This document shows, one piece after another, positions 1 to 10,200 of a stretch of 64,000 nucleotides of DNA. The notes beneath the pieces were generated by a model. That model did no database searches. It was not told the DNA's origin and saw only the letters and a program-made list of their open reading frames with translations. This stretch comes from Limisphaerales bacterium. Its GTDB lineage: Bacteria > Patescibacteriota > Microgenomatia > UBA1400 > PJMF01. The translations under genes were made by a program, and so were the position numbers. The first letter of the stretch is position 1. Each line of letters begins with the position of its first letter. The DNA lies in the NCBI GenBank assembly GCA_044350895.1, contig JBILGT010000003.1:10671-74670 (forward strand), read 5' to 3'.

Positions 1-1255
1 ATTTTCTGTTTATAACATCCCACAATTCGCGTGAATCACCTTCATAACCCACTGCCCAAATAGCAATGCCACCCAAATCGAGCTGATTAACATAGTCAAG
101 TTTATATGAAATTGAACGGCTGTTTTCGTAATAAATCACATATGTTTTGCCGTCTTCAATATATGATAAGTATGGTGATAGCGCATCTTCATTCCATCGC
201 TCCTGAACTTTGAGCTCCTCTTTTCTGGTCAGCAGATCCGCAACACGAGACATGCTGGCGGTTGCTCCTGTATCTGGAAATGTGTGTGATTGTGCATCAC
301 GGCTAGTGGTTTCCCACTCGTACCCGTAAAAAGGAATTCCAAGTAGTAATTTATGTCGTGGTACTTGGGCTGCAAATTCTTGTAAGTGTTGATTGATGTC
401 ACTATCCCACAGATCTTTGCCACCAAACAGTGGGGCGACTGGTCCAGCAAGTGGTGAAGTGCGGCGGTGAAAGTCATAGGCCATTACTACAATGTAATCA
501 ACATATGGCTCGATTCCTTTGACATCCCAGAGACCTAAGTTATTTGAAGCTCCAGCATACATCGCAATTGAAAGATTGATTTTGTCATAGCGCTTGTCCA
601 TATGTTCCCGCAAGTTCTTCATAAACTTGGTGAGGTTGTTGCGCGTGGCTTCTGTGGGTGAGCCATTCAGTTCAATATCAATATTTATGCCATTTACTGG
701 ATAGGCAAGTATGATGTCATCAAGTGATTCAAAAAGTCTGTCCTGTGCCGTGGGTGAGTTAAGAAACGCAAAAATGTCATCACCATTAAATTGTGAAAGT
801 ACAATTTCCATTGCGCCATCTTGGTTTTTCATCTGGGTTGATAGATCAAGAAATTCATCTGACTTCAAACCAGAATAACCTGGCTCTCCACCCTCGTCAG
901 TACGAGTGATGAGGGTACCATCTCGAGCGATAGCGAGTGCAAAATACGAAAGATGAGTGAGTTCGGGTTGCAGTGTAACTTTTTTGAGATTCCAGTATGG
1001 TAGGTATCCATACACAATTTTTTTGTTCTGATTAAAAATCTCAGCTTCCTGTAAGAATTTGAATGTGGTGAGAGAGTTAATTGGTGAAGCGAGTGGAACA
1101 TCATGAAACCACCACAAGCTGATTGCAGTAGCTGCGACAAAAGTGGTCAGCAAAAGGAGGAAAAATTTTATGGCAAAAAAGGTCTTTTTGAGATTGACTG
1201 AAGGTTGTGTGTGCTGCGGTGGCTTAGAAAATGCGTGCAGAAATTTCTTGAGCAT
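1..1255 (-). CDS. Glycoside hydrolase family 18 (chitinase-like) with N-terminal TM anchor; 3' end cut by the window edge
   Basis: Hand translation from ATG at 1255 (not in the ORF track): TM segment FFLLLLTTFVAATAISLWWF, GYLPYW, GINIDIE (GH18 DxDxE-like), VMAYDFH, LLLGIPFYGYEW, LGGIAIWAVG. Confidence 0.88.
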   Translation of the reverse strand, partial: MLKKFLHAFSKPPQHTQPSVNLKKTFFAIKFFLLLLTTFVAATAISLWWFHDVPLASPINSLTTFKFLQEAEIFNQNKKIVYGYLPYWNLKKVTLQPELTHLSYFALAIARDGTLITRTDEGGEPGYSGLKSDEFLDLSTQMKNQDGAMEIVLSQFNGDDIFAFLNSPTAQDRLFESLDDIILAYPVNGINIDIELNGSPTEATRNNLTKFMKNLREHMDKRYDKINLSIAMYAGASNNLGLWDVKGIEPYVDYIVVMAYDFHRRTSPLAGPVAPLFGGKDLWDSDINQHLQEFAAQVPRHKLLLGIPFYGYEWETTSRDAQSHTFPDTGATASMSRVADLLTRKEELKVQERWNEDALSPYLSYIEDGKTYVIYYENSRSISYKLDYVNQLDLGGIAIWAVGYEGDSRELWDVINRK

Positions 1256-1263
1256 GGTAACAA

Positions 1264-3663
1264 TTATTCTTGCGTAAATGTTTCAGTTGATTGTGAAGAC
1301 TCATTTGTAATAGTTGTTTGTTCATAGACTGGCTTTCCCTCTTCGTTAACAGGTCGATTGCAGTCAAGACAGTAACTTTTGGTCAACGGATCTTCCAAAA
1401 TTGTGCGTGATTCTAGGACCAGTCCTTCAACTTGCTCACCAAATTTGGGTGGTAAACCAGTGGTGGGATCAATCCAAGTATTGGTTGTCTTTCTGACAGA
1501 TGCTGAAGGTCTGCTGCGCTGCCAGTATAGTTCTGTACCGCCAGCGGTGCACTCATCTTGTCCATTGCCTTTGGGAAAACCACTGGGACAGACAGGTGCT
1601 GAAGCAACATCAGGTGGTTTCTCTTGCCAGCGTGGTTCTTTATCTCTGAGCACATACCGCATGATGTCATTAAAGATAGGCGCAGCGCCCGTCACACCTG
1701 AAACAACTCCGCGGTTCATTGGTTCACTGCTGTTATTACCTACCCATGTTATGACCAAAAATTCTGGAGTGAAGCCCACTGTCCAGTTATCTTTGAGGTC
1801 GTTTGTGGTACCTGTTTTGACACTGACGACTTGGTTGGGGATAACGAGCTCAGACCGAGTGCCAAACGCTGCAGAGCGAGCTGAGTTGTCTTGCATAATA
1901 TGACTGACTAAGTAAGCAGGCGCTCGATCAAGAACACGCTCCAGTTCACCTTCAGCACTGGATTCATATTCAGTTAAATACTGCAAATCTTCTTTGCGCT
2001 GCTTAATATTTGTTTCTTTGAGGACTTTACCTTGATATGTTTCAATTTTTAAAATTGGAGTGACTGGCACTTTCACTCCTTGATTGGCCAGTACTGAGAA
2101 TGCTTGTGCAAGATCAATCATGCGCACTTCACCACCACCAAGACTGATTGAGAGGCCAAACTTTGATGGATCATCCCAGCCAGTAATACCCATTTTCTGT
2201 GCAGTGTCAATAAATGTTGTCAGTCCAACCAGTTTCAAGCTTTTGACGGCAGGAATATTAAATGAATTTCCGAGTGATTGGCGAATTGTCACTGCTCCGT
2301 GGAAACTTCCATCGTAGTTTTTGGGACAGTATGGTTTCTGACCAGCCACTTCAAAACAGGTAGGTGAGTCAATTAAAAGCGTGCCAGGATTGAGTAACTT
2401 TTCTTGAAATGCTGTGGCATATACTAATGGTTTGATCGAAGAACCTGGCTGGCGAGAACGAAGCGTTACATTCACTTGGCCGTCATGCTCAGTATCAAAG
2501 TAGTCACGCGAGCCAATCATCGTAAGAATTTCACCGGTATCTGGTTTAATAATTAAGCTCGCGCCATTTCCAACATTGGCGTTTTTGAGTTTATCAACTT
2601 CTGCAGAAAGTGATGCCTGAGCTGCTTTTTGCAAATCTAGATCAAGTGTTGTCGTGACGCGTAGTCCACCTTTCTCAACCACATCTTCACCAAATTCTTG
2701 ATAGAGCAGATCTCGCACATAAAATACAAAATGAGGTGCTTCAATATCTGTGCGTGAAAGAGCAAATTTTAGTACTTCGTTTTCTGCTTGTTCTTGTTGA
2801 AGCTTAGTAATGTAGCCATCTTCATACATGCGGCGGAGTACATCTTTCTGACGTGCTTTGGCTTGTTCTGGGGTAGACCCAAATGGTGAGTATCGGCTGG
2901 GTGCTTGAGGTAATCCGGCAAGTAGTGCTGCTTCACCAAGTGTCAAATCTTTGGCATGTTTATCAAAGTATGCTTTTGAAGCAGATTCGACGCCCACTGA
3001 CGTTCCACCATATGAAATATAGTTGAGGTACATTTCCAAAATATCTTCTTTGGAATACATAATTTCTGTAAAGACGGAGAGCAGTGCTTCTTTGATCTTA
3101 CGTTTGAGTGATCGCTCGTTGGTGAGGAGTGCGTTTTTGACGAGTTGTTGGGTAATTGTAGATCCACCCTCGAGGCGTTTCCCCGTGAGCGTAGAACGAG
3201 CTGCACGAGCTATTGCAACTACGTCAAACCCAAAATGTTTATAAAAATTCTGATCCTCAATTGAGATACTTGCTTGGTAGACGTAGGGAGGGAGATCTTT
3301 CAATGCAATTGGGACTCGGTTTTCATCAGCAAAAATTTCGTAGAGGAGCGTTCCGTTGCGGTCAAAAATCTGAGTACTGACAGGATAGTTCTCAGTGTTG
3401 GTGAGACGACGTGGTGATGGAAGATCTCGCATTAACAAAATAGTGGCGATTACCAAAGCGCCAAACAGTCCAATCAGAGCAAATCTGAAGAATTTATTAC
3501 GGATGGGAAACAGCAAAATATTTCTAATTTTTGTGCCCTTGTTACGAACATTTTGGAAGACACGACGACGCTTTGCACCAGGCGTGCTTCCACTCAAAAC
3601 TTGGAAAATTTTCTGTGGTGACTTTGGTTTTGTTGGTGTCTTGTTAAATGGTAAGTTATTCAT
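1264..3663 (-). CDS. ponA: Class A penicillin-binding protein (PBP1A, transglycosylase-transpeptidase)
   Basis: EDQNFYKHFG, GGSTITQQLVKN, RKIKE (GT51); SSIK, SFN and KTG transpeptidase motifs; start probably ATG 3663. Confidence 0.93.
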   Translation of the reverse strand: MNNLPFNKTPTKPKSPQKIFQVLSGSTPGAKRRRVFQNVRNKGTKIRNILLFPIRNKFFRFALIGLFGALVIATILLMRDLPSPRRLTNTENYPVSTQIFDRNGTLLYEIFADENRVPIALKDLPPYVYQASISIEDQNFYKHFGFDVVAIARAARSTLTGKRLEGGSTITQQLVKNALLTNERSLKRKIKEALLSVFTEIMYSKEDILEMYLNYISYGGTSVGVESASKAYFDKHAKDLTLGEAALLAGLPQAPSRYSPFGSTPEQAKARQKDVLRRMYEDGYITKLQQEQAENEVLKFALSRTDIEAPHFVFYVRDLLYQEFGEDVVEKGGLRVTTTLDLDLQKAAQASLSAEVDKLKNANVGNGASLIIKPDTGEILTMIGSRDYFDTEHDGQVNVTLRSRQPGSSIKPLVYATAFQEKLLNPGTLLIDSPTCFEVAGQKPYCPKNYDGSFHGAVTIRQSLGNSFNIPAVKSLKLVGLTTFIDTAQKMGITGWDDPSKFGLSISLGGGEVRMIDLAQAFSVLANQGVKVPVTPILKIETYQGKVLKETNIKQRKEDLQYLTEYESSAEGELERVLDRAPAYLVSHIMQDNSARSAAFGTRSELVIPNQVVSVKTGTTNDLKDNWTVGFTPEFLVITWVGNNSSEPMNRGVVSGVTGAAPIFNDIMRYVLRDKEPRWQEKPPDVASAPVCPSGFPKGNGQDECTAGGTELYWQRSRPSASVRKTTNTWIDPTTGLPPKFGEQVEGLVLESRTILEDPLTKSYCLDCNRPVNEEGKPVYEQTTITNESSQSTETFTQE

Positions 3664-3727
3664 GTATGATGATGCACAGTCCACTAGATGGAAACTACTA
3701 TAGTTTACCAGATTGCTAGAGATTCGT

Positions 3728-4234
3728 ATGCTACATGCCGCACAATTCCCCTGGTTTGAACAACTTGAACAAGATCAGCAAGATCTCATTAAACTCTCAG
3801 AATACTTGTACGAACGCGAAGGTATGTCCCAAGTTCAATTGAGTGATTATGGATTTGTTGTTTTTCCTATTGCAAAAGCATATGAGGGTTTTCTAAAACA
3901 ATATTTATTTGATCTGAGTTTAATTTCCCAACATACCTTTGAAAGCAATAGATTCCGTATTGGACGAGCAATGAATCCAGACATCCGTGAAAATCAACAA
4001 GATGAGTTTTGGCTCTATGATGATTTGGAGCAGATGTGTGGAGCCACAGTTGCAAAAGATTTATGGAATACATGGTTATTATGTCGAAATCGTGTTGTGC
4101 ACTTTTTCCCGCTTGAAACGCATCGCATACCTTTGAAAACTGCTGGTGAGAAAATTGAGATGGTTCTTAATACCATTGATATGGCCTATCAGTGCAAAGT
4201 TGAACTGAAACTTGAGCCTGCTTCTGTTGTGTAA
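3728..4234 (+). CDS. RnlA/RNase LS C-terminal-like HEPN domain protein
   Basis: DYGFVVFPIAKAYEGFLK resembles the RnlA C-terminal domain; HEPN Rx4H motif RNRVVH. Confidence 0.55.
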   Translation: MLHAAQFPWFEQLEQDQQDLIKLSEYLYEREGMSQVQLSDYGFVVFPIAKAYEGFLKQYLFDLSLISQHTFESNRFRIGRAMNPDIRENQQDEFWLYDDLEQMCGATVAKDLWNTWLLCRNRVVHFFPLETHRIPLKTAGEKIEMVLNTIDMAYQCKVELKLEPASVV

Positions 4235-4249
4235 TTTATTTCAAATTTC

Positions 4250-7200
4250 TTATCTAAAGTTCACCGCGCCGCCGTTATAGAGGTCTTTGACCTGGGCGGG
4301 GGTGAGGGCGTAGTTGTAGATGCGGACGTCGTCGATCTGGCCTGAAGAATAGAAAGTTGATGAGGTAGAGGTCCCTAATCGACCAATTGAAAAGCCTGAA
4401 GCAGTACCAGAGTTTTGTACTGTTTGAGCAACAGTATTTATTAATCTTCCATCTTTATAGTATTTAATACTGCTACCATCTACAGTGGCAGTTATGTGTG
4501 TCCAATTAGTAGAAGGGAATCCTGTGGAGTTCCAATCTGAAGCGACAACAGCTTGTTGTCCACTTATTCCATCAGATGTCCATATTTCTACTGCATCACC
4601 ACTATCTCTAAAAATCATCCCCCAAATAGAAATATTTCCTCCATTACTTGCAGATTCTGCGATAGCGGAACTGCCCCAATTAGAGGGTTTAATCCAGAAT
4701 GACAATGAGTAATTACTAGGTTTACCTAAAAAAGTTCCTAAATTAAGATAGTCATCTGTATCATCAAACTCCAGACTACTATTAAACTTGCCACTTGCAC
4801 CATCTTTCCAGGCTTCACCCGTGCTACCTTTACAACTGCCAGCAGTAGTGTTGGATCCAGAAGCTCCGATAGTGATTGTGCCGTTATTGCCGGCTGCTTC
4901 GCCATTGCTGTTAAGTGCTGAGTTGTAGGCAGTAGTACCCTGACATTCATCAAGTTTGTAGTGGGCAACGGGACCACCTCGGTTGTACTCCCAAGCCACT
5001 TGGGCTGGAGTGCGGGCGTAGTTGTAAATTCTCATGTTGTCTACCATGCCGCCAAAGTAATTTGAGGCACTGGAGCCTTCTCGGCCGATAGCAAGGATGT
5101 TGGCTGTAGAGTTGAGTGAGCCAGTTACTGAGGAAGCTGTGCCGCGTAGAATGCCGTTTGTGTAGAATTTAAGGGTGTTGGCAGTGGCGTCACGGACTAC
5201 TGTGAGCTGGTCCCAGCGTGAAGTACTTGGGGTTGTGGTGGTATCGGTAACAGAATATGTAGTGCTACCACTATACACAAATGCTTGCCATTGATTTGCA
5301 GCACTCAAGCGCATGCCGTACTGGCGAGAGGTTGTCGCTGAGGTGTTACCTTTACCCATAATGAGGCGTGCTGTTGAGTCCACAGCATTTGGTTTTACCC
5401 AAGTACTAATGGTGAGGTCTCCGGTAATATTGAGCGAACTGCTGTCGGCAACACTGACATATGAGTTGGATGGTGAGAGATTTACTCCGCTACCAGTTTT
5501 ACCAGTGGTCCAAGTGGGGCCATTGGTCAGTGTGCCCGTGTTGTTATTGCCACTAGTGTCGTTTGCTGTTGTCCCGGTGTTTTCATCAAACTTCCATTCG
5601 GCAACCGGCGGATTGCAGGTTGCGGTATCGCCGGGCACACAATATTCTCGACTGGATGAGTTGTCAGGAGTAGTTCCATTGGAGGCGGTGGAAGTGGCTC
5701 CCAATTGCACAGCAGCACCGCGGTTGTATTCTAGGCGGATGTCGTCTTCAGTGAGGGCGTAGTTGTAGATTTTGACTTCGTCGATGAGGCCGTGCATATA
5801 ATATTCTGTGCCTACAGTAGTTGTGCCGATACGTGTTATATCGGTACTGGCAATACTACCGCTTACCAATGTTGAAGATACCAGTTTATTATTTATATAT
5901 AATCTTGCTGTTGAACCATCCCATGTTCCAACAATGTGATACCATGTGTCGGTTGTCAGATTATCAATGTTGTATATGGGTACATTCGACCATGCAGTCA
6001 TAGCATCGGGAAGCATAAATGCCAGCTGAGACCGATCATTTACATCACCATATACATATAGAAAATACCCACTATCATTTCTTACTAAAATTCGAGCAGT
6101 ATTCGTATTGTCCGATGGAAAAGAGCTAAACTTTGCCCACGTAGAAATGCTTATAGAACTTGCGGGTATGATGCTACTATTGTTTCCTACGCTCACATAA
6201 TCATTCGTTCCATCAAATGCCAGTGCCTTGCCAAACTTGCCAGCACTGCTCCAACCGCTGGTACTTGTGGCAGGGGCGGCCATGTTGGTCAGTGTCCCAT
6301 CGTTGTTTTGTGGACTAGAATCTTGAGCTGTTGTGCCATAACCATCATCAAATCCTAGATGCAGTACGGGATTTCCCACACTGCCACCCACCGCTGGTTC
6401 ATAGCCCTCGCGCCCATTCATCACATTTACGATTTGTTTTTGAGAGAGAGCGTAGTTATAGATGCGGACGTCGTCGATTGCACCATTAAGATACCAATTG
6501 TTATCACTTCTAGCTCCTAGACTTATGTTTGCACTAGATTCGTTTCCTAATGTGAGACTGCCACTGCCAACCTGTAAGCCATTAATAAATATTGTTACTG
6601 TACTACCTGTATAGGTAAACGCGACATGCGTCCATTGCCCAGTAGAGATTGTTTGATTGGAACAAATGCTACTAGTCCCGTTATATACATAGACCTTACC
6701 AGTTGAACCACTTCCGCAGACTTCTGCATCGGTGTAAGTACCATTTACTCCAAAAGCCCATCCAACTGTCCCAGTGTATTTTGATATCATGTAATTTACA
6801 AATTGGTGAGAATAACTAGTAGGGTTGACCCATAAACTCACAGTCTTTGTACTAAGATTATCAATATTAGTTTGACTACCTCCATTAATATAATCATCAC
6901 TCCCATCAAACTTCACACCACTACCAAACTTACCTGGTGCCCAAGTAGGGCCGTTGGTGAGAGTACCCGTATTGCTGTTACTACTGGCGTCAGCAGCAGA
7001 TGTTCCAGTGTTTTCGTCAAGTTTCCAGTGTGCCACAGGCCCTGGGGCATAGTTGTAGAGATCTTGAACTTCATCAGGAGAGAGAGCGCGGTTGTAGATG
7101 CGGACTTCGTCGAGGGAGCCAGCATAGGGGTTCAAGTTTGCTCCATAATCTCCTAAATAAAAGCTAGATGAAGTACCTATAGAGCCACTTGTACTTCCAA

Positions 7201-10200
7201 TTGTAGAGTCAAGTTGTCCATTGAGATATATTTTTTTGGTTGAGCCGTCATATACTGCAGTTACTAAATACCAATTCTGCGTAGTTAGTGCTGTGTTATT
7301 TTTAAGCAGGGAGCCCCCCCAGTTTTCGCCAGTTAAAAAGCGGATTTTACTATCGGTATCAATGTCAAGTTTGAAGATACTTTCATTGGCAATGAAGGCT
7401 TTACGTGTAGTTCCCAATGCACTCGGTTTTATCCAAGCTGCAATGGTGATTTTGTCCGAAAATGTGCCCAGACCGTTACTATCCACCACATAATCCCCAG
7501 TCCCATCCAAGCTCACGCCATTCCCAAACTTTCCACTGCCAGTTGTGGCATCACCATTCCAAGCTCCGTCGTTACCATTGCCTGACTTATCACAGGTATC
7601 GTTAGTGCCATTGGAGCAAGTATTGGCAGCAGCTTCATCCATTGGGTAGTAGGCCACCAGGCCTTGGTTTAGCTTTTCAAGTGTGCCATCGCCTAGCTGG
7701 GCACTCGCTCCTTCAGAAGTACCTTTTGCAGTGTAATCAAGCGTGATTTGTTGGGCAGTGCGCTCGTAGTTGTACAGCCTGACTTCATCAATAAAGCCGT
7801 GGAAGTTGGCGCTGCTAGAACCTCCCAGCAACCAGTCATTGCCATCGCTGGCAGGAGCGCCACTGCCGTTACTAGATGTACCGCGCAGTTTACCGTCTAT
7901 GTACACGGAGATCTCATCATCACTATCATCTGTGTATGCTAGTGCCACGTGGTGCCACTCATTGAGTGGCAAGCCATTGGTGATCGTGACCGTGGCATCA
8001 CTGCTGGCCAAATCAAGTGAGGCCTCCAAATCCACCAGCCGATCACTGCCTTCATTAGTGGTACGCAGATAGGTGCTATCTCCTTTAGATACAATCTGAC
8101 CAACGTTTGTTTCACCATCAGAGCTGACTTTTACCCAGCCAGCAAAACTGACTCCAGCTGCTAGACCTTGATCTAAATCAAGCGCAGTGGTGTTGGTGAT
8201 ACTGACACTATTATCTGAGCCATTGAACTCCAAACAGTTATTGGAGTAACAACTCTCACTGGTGCGGCGAGTGGGGGTGGAGGTGGGTGGTGAACCTGCT
8301 TGCACTATCAGATCAGCAGATGAAACAGTAGTAGTATTGGTACTAGAATTTTTAATTTGTGCATCGATGTTTTTGGCAGCCACTGGCATGGTGAGGGCAT
8401 TTGAACGTTGGCGAGAATAGGAAGCGCCTGTTGTACTGACTTCAGAACTCGAAACGGCTGTTACATCACTGCTGTTATAGAGCTGCGCGTAGCCAGTGCC
8501 GGCACTTGTCTTGATATCAGATTCAAAGTAGTAATTTGTCGAGCCAGAAAAAAGTGCCGGGTCAAAGTAGTTTAAGCCGTTTTGAGAGGTGTAGGCAGTG
8601 TCAACATCAGTCTGTGCGGTATTAACCAAGTTGTACACCAATTCAGTCCCATAAATCGTGCCACTTTGATCAAGCACAGCTCGAGCGTTGGCAATCTGCG
8701 CGGTGTTGGCTGTAGTCTTAATACAAACCATGTAGTCAGTATCATCATTCAAGGTAACGGCACTACTACGTACTCGAGTCCAGGTGGTACCTGTCACCGT
8801 CACTTCAGAACCACTAACCACAGTCGTGCAACTTGCGCCATCACTATAGAGTGCCACTGAAGTAGTCTGTCCTGCAGTGCTGTTTGAAATTGTAGCTTCA
8901 AAATAAGTAGTGGGGGTTGGAGTAAATTTGTTGGCATCATATCTATAGATTTTTTTATTGGTGAGTTGTGTATACGAAGTTGCGGTACTGGTTTCGTAGT
9001 TTCCCACTTCTACTTGGGTTTGGGTGGCACTGAGAGCACCACTTTGACTAACAATCATACGTGCTGCTCGGACATCTGCTGTAATGTTAAGAGAGTCAGT
9101 GGAAGCAAGCCGAATACCATAGGCGGTAGCAGTTGTGGGGGAGATAGCTGGGGTACGCAGCCTACTGTAACTACTGGATCGGGTAGTTATGATGCCATCA
9201 GGCACTGCTGCTCCAGAGGAAGAAACCAATTGCGCCCAGACTCGATCTGCCCCATCATCGGCTAGATTAGTAGTTCCGGAAGCGCAGGTGCCGTTATTAC
9301 AATCGGCAAAATAAATATCACCATTATCTGTTTCATGGTAGGCTACTTTGCAGTCATTGAGGCCAGCTTTGCAATCCAATGAAAAAACAATTTCAAAAGT
9401 ATTAGTAGTACTGCACCCAGTCAAAGCACAACCATTTGTGCCATCTAGGACAGTAGTGGTACCGCTGGTGCATGCTGCATTATCACAGTCAGCAAAACTA
9501 AAGTCATAGCTCCGGTAATACGCAACTTTACAGTTACTGCCATCACCACCACAGGCGATAGTAGGGCTGTCGGCAAAGACTGAGGTAGAACAGTTGGTCA
9601 GTGCACAACCCGCAGAACCCTCGAGCTGGCTTATAGTGCCGCTGGTACAGGTGGCATTGTTACAGTCCACAAAGTTGAGATCACCACCGGTACTATTGTA
9701 GTACGCAATTTTGCAATCACTGGCACCTGGGGAACAATCTATGGTAGTACCAGTACCACTACTCGTGGAAGTGCTACAGCCAGTGAGGAGGCAGCCAGTG
9801 TCACCTTCTAAAATACTAGCGGTACCACTGGTACAAGCTGCGTTATCGCAGTCAGCAAACCGGAGTGACGTGCGCGTGTTGTCATAATAGGCAATCTTAC
9901 AATCAGTGGCAGTAGGACAACTCAAAGCAGCATTAATACCAACATCATTGGTGGTGCTACAGCCAGTCAGGGCACAGCCAGTGGTGCCATCGACAACCGT
10001 CCTGGTCCCGGAACTACAGGTGGCAGTGTCACAGTCCGCAAATAATAGATCATCGGTAGTCTCATTTTTGTAGGCAATTTTGCAGTCCGCGGTCCCGGCT
10101 GAACAGTCAATATTAGGATGAGTCCCCACCGTTGCAGATGTCGTACAGCCAGTCAGTGGGCAACTAGCTCCACCGTCAATCATGCGCGTGGTGCCGACGT

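Noticed and set aside
4250-7800. Diversity-generating retroelement acting on the LamG gene
   Set aside because: No reverse transcriptase in the window and no ~100-bp TR/VR pair differing only at adenines; the repeats are short and in-frame
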